A stretch of 64,000 nt of DNA, taken from NCBI RefSeq assembly GCF_037042905.1, contig NC_087251.1, positions 558,001-622,000 on the forward strand, written 5' to 3'. The stretch is from Lytechinus pictus. Its lineage: Eukaryota. Below the pieces are notes generated by a model. It had not been told where the DNA came from, did no database searches, and worked only from the letters and a program-made list of their open reading frames with translations. Within the stretch, counting starts at the first letter, position 1. Each line of letters begins with the position of its first letter. Positions 12,117-24,054 of this stretch are shown one piece after another. Made by a program: the position numbers and the translations under genes.

Positions 12117-13997
12117 TGTATATATATATATATACATATAGTAAAAAAAAACTTGTATCTCTATTAATATACAAAAGTATTGGCCTCATCGCAATAAAAG
12201 GGTTAATACACGAGATTTTGAAATCGCACATAACATACATAATTTTGTGTTACTTTTTGCTTGTTTCTTTCTTTAATAAGTTTTTCAATCTCTCTCTATA
12301 TATGTTTTAGAAAGATTATATGTTTAAATTGATGTATATTTTCTGTTATAATGAGATATGAAGTGGACTTCAGGGAATGGTCGTACGCAGCAAGGGGGAA
12401 GCACATTCGCGATCTGCTGTTGTGAAAAACTTTTTTTTTTCCTTAACATTTCATGAAAACTATGAAAAATGTGCAAATGTGAGATGTGCACCAAATTTTC
12501 GAGTCTTGCCCCCCCCCCCGGAAATATTATCTGCGTGTGGTCATGCAAAATGGCATGACTGGAAATCCTACATTTTGAAAAGAGCATTTGACAGGGTCAG
12601 ACTTTACCCCTTTTTCAACATTTTCTTTTATGGCGCCGGTGAAGTGCAAAAATATGTGCGCCGCTCGGTAGTGCGCCCCCCCCCCCCCCTTTCGCCAAAA
12701 GCTGGATCCGCCTATGTTACACAATTGCCTATTTCGAGCACGGGAAATTACAAACTTAGCAATTTTTTTAGAAAATGCTTATCAATCAATTACATTTTGT
12801 TGATTTAAGAGAGTATACTCCTGCGATCGGCGATTGAAATAGCAATTCAGAGCCGCGCGTTGAACATTCACATGCATTTTCTGCGCACTGACGTTTATTT
12901 GTGCTTGACGTTATGTAGATCAGAGTGGTCTATCAAGATCTAGATCTAGAGGCTAGAATAGACCTAAACTAAATTTATTTAGATCTAGGACTTTACGGAC
13001 TAGACCTATTAAACCAAGGCTGCCAAACCCATTGGTCTAACGTAAGTAGATCTAAACGTGTAAGTTAAAAATTAACCAGTTATAATTAAGTTAACCATTT
13101 ATAGTCGGCCGCAGGCATTAAACAGGTCCAGATTCATTGAAATAAAGGGGATAAAGTTAATGCCCTAGCCTAGGCTATATAGCAACAGCCTAGGTATAGC
13201 ATAACATTTTGTCTTGTCATTAATGGCAATTTGATAAGTGTTTAAGAATTGGATCTAGATATAGATCTAAGCGTATATATAAGGCTAGTCCTTTGCCAGG
13301 ACTGTTCTACTTTTCAGTTGATCAATAACACAATCCTCGACCTCTACGCCCGAAATGAAAACAGCCACACGATTTCCTACCCTCATGGTGAGGGGCGTGA
13401 AAGAGGGGATAGCGCGATCACTGGAGAATAAAGCAAGGGGAGAGAAATAACAAGTACACCGACGTCTAGAATCTAGACTAATATAAGGCCTCAGCTAGGC
13501 CTACAGGGTAACGGGTAGTTCATCCTAACATCGTTTACCACATAATATCACCCATAGCAACCATCACACCCAGATGTCACTCTGACAAAATAACAAAATA
13601 TACACTATTTTGGGATATAGCCTGCCGAGCTACTAGCACGTAGATACGGCATTTATTTCACATAAATTATCAACACTTTCATTTTTCAAAGTATGAAAAC
13701 AACTTCTAACAAATTCTGTCTGAGAATCATACATATATAATGTTTTTATACCTCTTAACATTAATCGTGTGAAGTCATAACTAATTAAACTGTTATGCCC
13801 TAACCCTAATTTTGCCCGGGTTTAAAAAAACAGAGATAAAACTGAATCAGCACTAAACTCTGAAAAAACCCTATGGCCACCGCAACTTTGATGTAACAAC
13901 GTCTCCTACCAATTATCATTTTTTAATTCACTCTATAAAAAGAACTCCATATTAAAAAACGTGCTAGTGTGCGGTTCTTGGAAAGCTAGAAAAGCTG

Positions 13998-14409
13998 GTT
14001 TTCGCCCAGCGTCGTACGACGTAGAACGTAAGGGTCGTGTGCAAAAATTGCCAACTTCCATGGAAACAGAGGCCCAAGCGATCTTGAGCTCAAATCACGG
14101 ACGGTTCTTCCGCAAATTAGCGGGCGTCCGCATTAGAACGTAGGATTTGTCAACAGCCGTCAACAGCCAATCAGATCGCTTGTAGAGCGAGCAAGCTGAG
14201 CTGAGCCGCGCCGACAGCCAGTTTATAGAGCGCGGGCGCGGGATTTTCCCTAGTAGTGGTGACGTCATGCAGTCTACATACTTCCGGTCGATCCGGCCGC
14301 GATCAGCGATTTGCGAAACTGCTTACAAGCGAGAGTTGAGCGCGACGGACGCACGAACCAAGAGATCGTTCTACGTCGTTGATAGCGTCGTACGACGCTG
14401 GGCGAAAAC
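13998..14409. mobile_element. CpG-rich MITE-like inverted-repeat element
   Basis: 24-bp perfect inverted repeat GTTTTCGCCCAGCGTCGTACGACG at 13998-14021 and 14386-14409. Confidence 0.7.
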
Positions 14410-14825
14410 ACACTAATGACTTCCCCTACAACACCACACCCTTATCTCGCATCCCCTCTTTTCATATTCAAATGAAACACCTTCGACGCAACGGAATTGA
14501 ATAATTCCGTCACGCATGCCGGAGAACAATTAGTGTTCACCACTTATTGCCGTATAAACAACATTTGCCAGCTATACGATGTAACGCTGGCAAATATGGA
14601 ACGCGGAAAGGCTAAAATTTGATCACTGTCACTTTTGATTTGATGGACCTCCGTACCAGCCATCATCAAATCAAGTGCAGCCATCAGTAAATCAAAAGTG
14701 GCCATCATCATATCAATTTTCAGCATCATATCCCTCTGTACCAGCCATCATCAAATCAGTTTCTAACATCAAATCAATGTTGTCCTTTCGGCGTTCCTGA
14801 TGTGCGCGCCAAAAGGACACCTGTA

Positions 14826-16160
14826 AGTTGATGGCAGCCACTTTTTATTTGATGACGGTTACTTTTGACTTGATGACGGCCACTTTTTATTTGATGACGG
14901 TTACTTTTGACTTGATGACGGCCACTTTTTACTTGCTTTTTATTTGATGACGGTTACTTTTGACTTCATGACGGCCACTTTTGACTTGATGGCGGCTGCT
15001 TTTGATTCGATGATGGCTGCTTTTGATTTGATGATGGCTGCTTTTGATTCGATAGTGGCCACTTTTGATTTGATGATGGCTGCTTCTGATTTGATGATGG
15101 TTGCTTTTGATTCGATAGTGGCCACTTTTGAACTGATGATGCCCACTTTAGATTTGATGATGGTCACTTTCAATTTTTTTATCGCTTTTCATTTGATGGT
15201 CACTTTTTATTTGATCACTTAATTTGATGGTCACTTTTTATTTGATGGTCACTTTTTATTTGATGGTCACTTTTCATTTGATGGTCACTTTTCATTTGAT
15301 GGTCGCTTTTAATTTGATGGGCACCTTTTATTTGATGATCACTTATTTGATGGTCACTTTTAATTTGATGGTCACTTTTAATTTGATGGTCACTTTTAAT
15401 TTGATCATCAATTCTTATTTGATGGTCACTTTTAATTTGATGGTCGCTTTTTATTTAATGGTCACTTTTTATTTGATGGTCACTTTAAATTTGATGGTCA
15501 CTTTTTATTTGATGGTCATTTTTAATTTGATGCTCAGTTTTTATTTGATGGTCACTTTTAATTTGATGGTCGCTTTTTTGTTGCTCACTTTTTATTTGAT
15601 GGTCACTTTTAATTTGATGGTCACTTTTTATTTGATCATCACTTTTTATCTGATGGTCGCTTTTTATTTGATGGTCAATTTTTACTTGATGGTCGCTTTT
15701 AATTTGATGGGCACCTTTTATTTGATGATCACTTATTTGATGGTCACTTTTTATTTGATGGTCACTTTTTATTTGATCATCACTTTTTATCTGATCATCA
15801 CTTCTTTGACAGTCACTTTTTATTTGATGGTCACTTTTTATTTGATGCTCACTTTTCATTTGATGCTCACTTTTTATTTGATGGTCGCTTTTTATTTGAT
15901 GGTCACTTTTTATTTGATGGTCACTTTTAATTTGATGGTCACTTTTTTGTTGGTCACTTTTTATTTGATGGTCACTTCTTCTTTGATGGTCACTTTTCTT
16001 TTGATCGTCGCTTTTCATTTGATCATCACAATTTAAGTTGATGGTTTCGGCATTCCATACATGGTCGCTTTATAATATTTGATGGTCGCTTTTCATTTGA
16101 TCGTCGCTTTTATTTGATCGGCACTTTTCATTTGGTCGTCGCTTTATTTGATCATCACTT
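14826..16160 (+). repeat. 21-bp then 18-bp minisatellite arrays in the left arm (core TTTGATGGTCACTTTT)
   Basis: Directly visible tandem units. They produce the spurious (MVTFYL)n and (KSDHQI)n ORFs. Confidence 0.95.
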
Positions 16161-16315
16161 TTTACAGTACGTGCGCGCGCATAAACGTGTCGCAGTGAGC
16201 ATGCACTGAGCAAATCCTCATGTACGTAAAGCTAGCGCGCTCTTTTTGCTTCCGAGAATTGAAGTGCAGGTGCATATATATGAATCTATTGATCGTGAAA
16301 AAATAAATCTGGAAA

Positions 16316-16381
16316 ATGGAGGGTATACTTAATAGTTTAGGGATGCCTCAATCAGTTATTAACAACTTTCAACGGGAAGGG
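16316..16381 (+). pseudogene. Candidate orphan first exon (MEGILNSLGMPQSVINNFQREG), SAM-domain-like start
   Basis: ATG in AAAATGG context, 22 codons, then the donor GGG|GTAAGT. The LxxLGMxxxxxxFxxE pattern resembles SAM helices 1-2. No downstream exon found. Confidence 0.5.
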
Positions 16382-18255
16382 GTAAGTTGAAGTTAGAATT
16401 TACTTAGATCTAGACCTACGCTTTAGATCTAACTTTGTTTGTCTATTTTGTTGGTGTGAAACGGTATAGGCCTTGGCCTAGGCCCTACTCCCTCACAACA
16501 TTGTCACTGGGGCGTTGCACTGGGGCCTATGCTCTAGTATAGACCGGCTAGGCTAGGGCCCTATCTATAAGTGTCACTAGGCCTAGTCACTAATAAGCCT
16601 AGACCAACCTGACTCCATTGTTGAGAACTGTGCTAGTAACGTAGTGTTAGAGCGCTACACACGAAACCCATGCAAATGCAGAAAAATACAGTTAGTGTTC
16701 AGTTCTTAAATATTTTCAGATCTCTAGACCCTAATAATATTAATTTTAGCTGATGATTGGCATTGCCCATTTTGCAAATGCAGCGCGGCGGGGGCAGAGG
16801 GAGGGGGTAACACTAACGAGTAACGTTGAGTCTTATCCATTGTAGTTATACACTCAAGCCTAGCGCCTATAACATACAGTTCAATTGTTACTGTTAACCC
16901 CCTACCCTCTACTCCTGCCCCCGTTGTGTTGAAGAAAACCTTTTTTTTTTTTTTTTTTTTTTTGCTATAGGCTATTCATATTTATATATATATATATAAA
17001 CAAGGCCATAGATATGAATAACAACAAACCGAGTCGCCCTTTTCCAAAACTCCCAACCCCCCTCCCCCCAGAAAATTTGTTGCGTCTATTATTGGGCTTA
17101 TTTTCTTTTTACCCAAAATTAAGGGGGGGGGGCTGCGTGCGCAACCTCCCAACCCCCTTGGCGACGGTCATGCAGTTGACCCACAGAAATTTAGAAAATT
17201 TATATTTTTCTTGCAAAAATGCATAAAATTTACAAAAAATTGTGCAACAAATCCTTCAAGTTCTGCTCGATTGCTTCGCTCCCTCACTTTCGAATAGGGT
17301 CTATTTTTGAAAATTGCAAGAGTTTTTAACAATGATGGGATGAGGATGTTTTAAACACTCTATCAAAAGTAGGTTCAATTTTGCACCTTTACCAATGTCA
17401 CACCTGGAACACATTTAATGATGCAAATTTGCACCTTTCAGAAAAATAGGTGCAATTAAGCTGTACCTTTTAAGGTGATTTCTTTTCTGAAAGGTGCAAA
17501 TTTGCATCATTAAATGTGTTCCAGGTGTGACATTGGTAAAGGTGCAAAATTGAACCTACTTTTGATAGAGTGTTTAAAACATCCTCATCCCATCATTGTT
17601 AAAAACTCTTGCAATTTTCAAAAATAGACCCTATTCGAAAGTGAGGGAGCGAAGCAATCGAGCAGAACTTGAAGGATTTGTTGCACAATTTTTTGTAAAT
17701 TTTATGCATTTTTGCAAGAAAAATATAAATTTTCTAAATTTCTGTGGGTCAACTGCATGACCGTCGCCAAGGGGGTTGGGAGGTTGCGCACGCAGCCCCC
17801 CCCCCCCTTAATTTTGGGTAAAAAGAAAATAAGCCCAATAATAGACGCAACAAATTTTCTGGGGGGAGGGGGGTTGGGAGTTTTGGAAAAGGGCGACTCG
17901 GTTTGTTGTTATTCATATCTATGGCCTTGTTTATATATATATATATAAATATGAATAGCCTATAGCAAAAAAAAAAAAAAAAAAAAAAAAGGTTTTCTTC
18001 AACACAACGGGGGCAGGAGTAGAGGGTAGGGGGTTAACAGTAACAATTGAACTGTATGTTATAGGCGCTAGGCTTGAGTGTATAACTACAATGGATAAGA
18101 CTCAACGTTACTCGTTAGTGTTACCCCCTCCCTCTGCCCCCGCCGCGCTGCATTTGCAAAATGGGCAATGCCAATCATCAGCTAAAATTAATATTATTAG
18201 GGTCTAGAGATCTGAAAATATTTAAGAACTGAACACTAACTGTATTTTTTCTGCA

Positions 18256-19756
18256 TATGAATTTGTTGTGTTCACTTAACGCGCACCGTGGCAAATCCCC
18301 TATTCCGGCGTCAAAAACTTGACAAAATAGACCCATTTTCGGCTCTTTTAACTCATATCTCAAAAACCGCTCGAGATTTTTCACGGGTTCAAACGGTTTT
18401 TTAATCTTAGACTTGTTCTTCATCTCATGATATCTGCCATTTTATATTCTGATTAAAAAAACAACCGTGTTTTTTTGACTGAAAATACACAGTTTCTCGT
18501 GTTTTTGTGTGAGAGAAGCACTTTTTGCACTGTTTTGGGCTCGATCTTCTCTTACAGCGTCTGACTTTCGTATCAAAATGTCTCAGTTCAACGACTATCA
18601 GATAGACAGGTTGTAACTCTTTCTTGTGATATAAGGTTCAACCTAATTGGTTGAAAAAAACCGCCGTGTTTTTTAGGTCAAACTTTACAATCCAATGAAC
18701 TTTTTTTGTATTTATCACGCATAATCTACGTTAATTGATTAGTCGCACTGCGCACGATTGTCTATTTTAGTATGCCTATCAACTCTTTATACTCTTTCCT
18801 CTCCTATCAAAAATTGAAAGGGGGTACAATATCCTCGTCCTAGATATAAGAAGAAGAGAACATTTCCTTTTCATTACATGTAAAATCATGCCCATTCTTG
18901 AAAAAAAAAATTCGTCACTTCTAGGTTAAACTTTACAATGCAATTAACTTTTTTGTTCTTATCATGCACAATATCCATTAATTGGTCGCACTGTGCTCGA
19001 TTGGATTTTGGTATACGATGTTCAACCTGGCAGCAGCGCGTTTTGCGTTAGATTTGGAAATCCTCGTTCCCAGACAGGGATATGTAACATGTAAGCTTTT
19101 CATACATATAAAATTCATATTGATTGATTAATATTTAGCTCCGTCAATTTTCACGTTAAATCATGCTTGTCTCATTTTAAGAAGCCAAATCCAGGGATGA
19201 ATAATGTGTGCATACACGTACCGCGCGTACCGGTGCATATACGTATACGTGCAGCGCATGAACGGTGTATACACCACACAATACGCCGAATACCTTTCTA
19301 TATCGATGCAATAATCACGTACACACACAATGCGCGCAGTAGTAAACAACGCGTCGCTAAGACAACTGAACCTGAACTCGGGAGTACATCGAGGGAAGGA
19401 GTACAGAATCAGAGAAAATTATTCTCACTTTTTGGTCAGAAGAAAACATTTCCTTATATGTCTATATCTTAACATAAACAGAAGCTGCTCCGTTATCCTT
19501 ATGTCGTACCACAGTCAATATCATAAACAAATTACAGTGATTCTATTTTGTCACAATATATAAACTTGATTAGGGCAATTTATGCACCCCCAAGAAGTAG
19601 TGTTTACGGCCCGGCCTATCTCTACCACACAGACCACACAGACTTCGCACAGTTCGGTCAAGGCGGTACGCGTATCATTAACTGCCAAATACAGCCGACC
19701 CAAGCTGAATAAAACCTTCATATTAGGTGAACAAAATAGGGGGTAACAAATTCATA
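18256..19756. mobile_element. 1.5-kb non-autonomous TIR element inserted only in the right arm of the palindrome
   Basis: TIR TATGAATTTGTT/AACAAATTCATA with TGCA duplicated on both sides. The left arm shows the empty site (about 16677-16680). The boundary is ambiguous because TGCA is palindromic. Confidence 0.85.
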
Positions 19757-19885
19757 TGCATTTGCATGGGTTTCGTGTGTAGCCTCTGGCTCTAACACTA
19801 AGTTACTAGCACAGTTCTCAACAATGGAGTCAGGTTGGTCTAGGCTTATTAGTGACTAGGCCTAGTGACACTTATAGATAGGGCC

Positions 19886-20417
19886 CCCGGGGGGGGCACT
19901 CGACCAAAAAAGTGGTAGGGGTGTGCCGCGGGCGAGACAAAAAACGGGGGCCTTGGAGCGGGCTTATTGTAAAAAGGAGGGTCCTCGGAACGGGCTTCGG
20001 AACTACAATTTTGTGAAAACGGGGGTCCTTGGAACGGATCAACAGCGTGCGAGTACGTGCGTATGTACCCCTATGGAACGGGCATGCGTGCATGATGCAG
20101 CTATACGCGGCCTCCGCTGGGTGCGCTAGCGCAGAGACGATGGTCGGACAGCGCTCGGCGGCCGCTTTTCACCAAAATTGCAGCAGATCAATGCGACCGG
20201 AACGGCGTAACGAAAAATATGCGAAGCTTTGGAGCGGATTTCTTTTTTTTTTCTCTCGATAAGAACAAAGTGCTATGCCTTGGAGCGGCTTTCTTTGTTT
20301 TTTTGTCTCGATAAGACAAAAATGCTATGCCTCGGAACGAAAATTTGAGTGTGAAAATGGGGGTCCCCTCCGCGGCACATACCCACTATGCATTATATAC
20401 TGAGTGCCCCCCCCGGG
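19886..20417. mobile_element. CCCGGG-ended MITE with 8-bp TSD, right arm only
   Basis: CCCGGGGGGGGCACTC...GAGTGCCCCCCCCGGG; TSD ATAGGGCC; empty site in the left arm near 16560. Confidence 0.9.
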
Positions 20418-20603
20418 ATAGGGCCCTAGCCTAGCCGGTCTATACTAGAGCATAGGCCCCAGTGCAACGCCCCAGTGACAATGTTGTGAGGGAGTAGGGC
20501 CTAGGCCAAGGCCTATAGTACCGTTTCACACCAACAAAATAGACAAACAAAGTTAGATCTAAAGCGTAGGTCTAGATCTAAGTAAATTCTAACTTCAACT
20601 TAC

Positions 20604-20669
20604 CCCTTCCCGTTGAAAGTTGTTAATAACTGATTGAGGCATCCCTAAACTATTAAGTATACCCTCCAT
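20604..20669 (-). pseudogene. Mirror copy of the candidate SAM-like first exon
   Basis: Reverse complement of 16316-16381 with the same GTAAGT donor. Confidence 0.5.
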
Positions 20670-20821
20670 TTTCCAGATTTATTTTTTCACGATCAATAGA
20701 TTCATATATATGCACCTGCACTTCAATTCTCGGAAGCAAAAAGAGCGCGCTAGCTATACGTACATGAGGATTTGCTCAGTGCATGCTCACTGCGACACGT
20801 TTATGCGCACGTACTGTAAAA

Positions 20822-22050
20822 AGTGATGATCAAATGAAAAGCGACGACCAAATGAAAAGTGCCGATCAAATAAAAGCGACGATCAAATGAAAAGCGACCA
20901 TCAAATATAAAGCGACCATGTATGGAATGCCGAAACCATCAACTTAAATTGTGATGATCAAATGAAAAGCGACGATCAAAAGAAAAGTGACCATCAAAGA
21001 AGAAGTGACCATCAAATAAAAAGTGACCAACAAAAAAGTGACCATCAAATTAAAAGTGACCATCAAATAAAAAGTGACCATCAAATAAAAAGCGACCATC
21101 AAATAAAAAGTGAGCATCAAATGAAAAGTGAGCATCAAATAAAAAGTGACCATCAAATAAAAAGTGACTGTCAAAGAAGTGATGATCAGATAAAAAGTGA
21201 TGATCAAATAAAAAGTGACCATCAAATAAAAAGTGACCATCAAATAAGTGATCATCAAATAAAAGGTGCCCATCAAATTAAAAGCGACCATCAAGTAAAA
21301 ATTGACCATCAAATAAAAAGCGACCATCAAATTAAAAGTGACCATCAAATAAAAACTGAGCATCAAATTAAAAATGACCATCAAATAAAAAGTGACCATC
21401 AAATTTAAAGTGACCATCAAATAAAAAGTGACCATTAAATAAAAAGCGACCATCAAATTAAAAGTGACCATCAAATAAGAATTGATGATCAAATTAAAAG
21501 TGACCATCAAATTAAAAGTGACCATCAAATAAGTGATCATCAAATAAAAGGTGCCCATCAAATTAAAAGCGACCATCAAATGAAAAGTGACCATCAAATG
21601 AAAAGTGACCATCAAATAAAAAGTGACCATCAAATAAAAAGTGACCATCAAATTAAGTGATCAAATAAAAAGTGACCATCAAATGAAAAGCGATAAAAAA
21701 ATTGAAAGTGACCATCATCAAATCTAAAGTGGCCATCATCAGTTCAAAAGTGGCCACTATCGAATCAAAAGCAACCATCATCAAATCAGAAGCAGCCATC
21801 ATCAAATCAAAAGTGGCCACTATCGAATCAAAAGCAGCCATCATCAAATCAAAAGCAGCCATCATCGAATCAAAAGCAGCCGCCATCAAGTCAAAAGTGG
21901 CCGTCATGAAGTCAAAAGTAACCGTCATCAAATAAAAAGCAAGTAAAAAGTGGCCGTCATCAAGTCAAAAGTAACCGTCATCAAATAAAAAGTGGCCGTC
22001 ATCAAGTCAAAAGTAACCGTCATCAAATAAAAAGTGGCTGCCATCAACTT
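20822..22050 (-). repeat. Mirror copy of the 18/21-bp minisatellite in the right arm, ~105 bp shorter
   Basis: Reverse complement of 14826-16160. The ORF track shows 235 aa versus 270 aa for the mirrored repeat ORFs. Confidence 0.95.
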
Positions 22051-23456
22051 ACAGGTGTCCTTTTGGCGCGCACATCAGGAACGCCGAAAGGACAACATTG
22101 ATTTGATGTTAGAAACTGATTTGATGATGGCTGGTACAGAGGGATATGATGCTGAAAATTGATATGATGATGGCCACTTTTGATTTACTGATGGCTGCAC
22201 TTGATTTGATGATGGCTGGTACGGAGGTCCATCAAATCAAAAGTGACAGTGATCAAATTTTAGCCTTTCCGCGTTCCATAGGCAAATACATTTTTAGGGT
22301 GCTGATTCATTTATGTCGTCATGCAACGCGCATGCGTAGTCTTATTCCAAAGACGAAATCATGAATATTCATATTGATGTAATAAATAATTTTGCCCCCG
22401 CCCCCCCCCCCCCCCCCCCATTGGCGAAGCAAAAAAACCCGGAAAAAATCAATAGAGGGGGAAAGAGAGGAGAAAAAAAGAAGAGGAGGAAGACGAGTGA
22501 ATAAAATAAGATGAGGGGACGACTTTGAAAATCAAAAGAATCTTTCATGTCACTATATAAAATTTTCGCTCGCGCTCGCATTATCATGTTCGTCAATATA
22601 CAAAACATATTTCACCTCGGAAATCGAACTTTCATTATTTTGTATGATTTACAAATTAATTTTTAAAAAGTGCTCTGTAAAAATATCAGTTTCATGGTTT
22701 AAATATTAACATTTTCTGCTCGCGCTGCGCGCTCGTAAAATTTTGATTTTTCAGGTACCCATTATTTTCGTGTATTCCATATTTTCAAAATATCCCTTTT
22801 CAGGTCTGATTGTCAAAACGTATCAGCTAGCGCTGCACGCTCGCATTTTGATTGGCGAGTTATTTAAGTCCCAATATTGATTATACAACAAACTACTTAA
22901 AATCCCCTTTTCATGACAGTTTATCAAACATTTTGGCTCGCGATTTGCGCTCGAATTAATGGTTAAAAATATATTAACTGATGCATTCTATTTATAATTA
23001 CAGAAGTGCTTGAAATGTCCAGTTTTCAGGCAATAATATCATCAGATTTCGCACCCTCATTAGGCATTAATGATTAAGATATCAATACATTGTTCCTTTT
23101 GTTTCATCTCGCGCTTAGCAAGAGGAAGATAGTCATCATTTTCATATGTATGTCCTAAAGATGTCCGGTCCTATATTAAAACTCATTGTTATAATAATGT
23201 GCGATCCATATCCACCTCACAATTTTCCTACAAAGTGCTTGAAATATAGAGCTGAAATTGACTCTTTTTTTCAGATCGGAATATCAAATAGTTTAGGCTC
23301 GCGCTCGCTTTGATTTTCATGATAAAAGATGTATTTAAAATGTCCAGATTCTAGGTCTAAATAAAACACGCGCGCATGTTTATTCAGATACTCAACTTGT
23401 TCTCTATTATCCAGTTTCAGATCACAATATAAAAAAAATTCTGCTCGCATTATTAA

Positions 23457-24054
23457 AGGACAAGTCCACCCCAACAAACAGTTGATTGGAATAAAAAGAT
23501 AAATATCCAACAAGCATAACACTGAAAATTTCATCAAAATCGGATGTAAAATAAGAAAGTTATGACATTTTGAAATTTCGCTTAATTTCACCTAACAGTT
23601 ATATGCACATCCTGGTCTGTATGCAAATGAGGTGACTGATGACATCACCCACTCACTATTTCTTTTGTATTCTATTATATGAAATATGACATTTTCCTAT
23701 TTTCTCCCCCTTGTCATGTGAAATCAAGTTTTATTCCTCCCTGAACATGTGGAATTCACATTTGTTTAACATTGTTGTTCAGTCAATTTTACATTGTCAA
23801 TTTTGTAAAAAATGAAATATTGTACAATTTAAACAATAAGAAACAAAAGAAATAGTGAGTGATGGACATCATCAACTCTCTCATTTGCATATCACTGAGT
23901 TGTGCATATAACTGTTTTGAGAAAAATAAACGAAACTTTAAAATGTCATAACTTTCTTATTTTACATCCGATTTTGATGAAATTTTCAGCGTTATGCTAG
24001 TTTGATTTTTCTCTATTTATTCAAATCAACATTTTTCTGGGGTGGACTTGACCT
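23457..24054. mobile_element. Kolobok-like MITE (TTAA TSD, AGG...CCT termini)
   Basis: TTAA|AGGACAAGTCCACCCC...GGGGTGGACTTGACCT|TTAA, inserted in a hAT-like copy. A degenerate relative lies at about 27160-27790. Confidence 0.85.

Larger units (their letters stand above)
14595..22280. mobile_element. 7.7-kb fold-back (palindromic) DNA transposon derivative with IS3EU-like termini
   Basis: Left arm 14595-17445 is the reverse complement of right arm 17483-22280 (37-bp spacer), apart from two insertions and repeat-number differences. Ends TATGGAACGCGG...CCGCGTTCCATA. 6-bp TSD GGCAAA at 14589-14594 and 22281-22286. Confidence 0.9.

Noticed and set aside
15224..16036. 270-aa (MVTFYL)n and antisense (KSDHQI)n ORFs, and their mirrors at 20944-21935
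   Set aside because: Open frames arise from 18/21-bp tandem units (multiples of 3) in transposon subterminal arrays; there is no evidence of a real protein.
14826..16160. CRISPR-like appearance of the short regular repeats (also 43655-44700)
   Set aside because: No unique spacers, no cas genes, and a eukaryotic context.
14595..22280. Pure assembly artefact, or a Polinton/Maverick (6-bp TSD)
   Set aside because: The TSD, one-arm insertions and repeat-count differences argue against an artefact (not formally excluded). Termini are not AG...CT and there are no polymerase or integrase ORFs.
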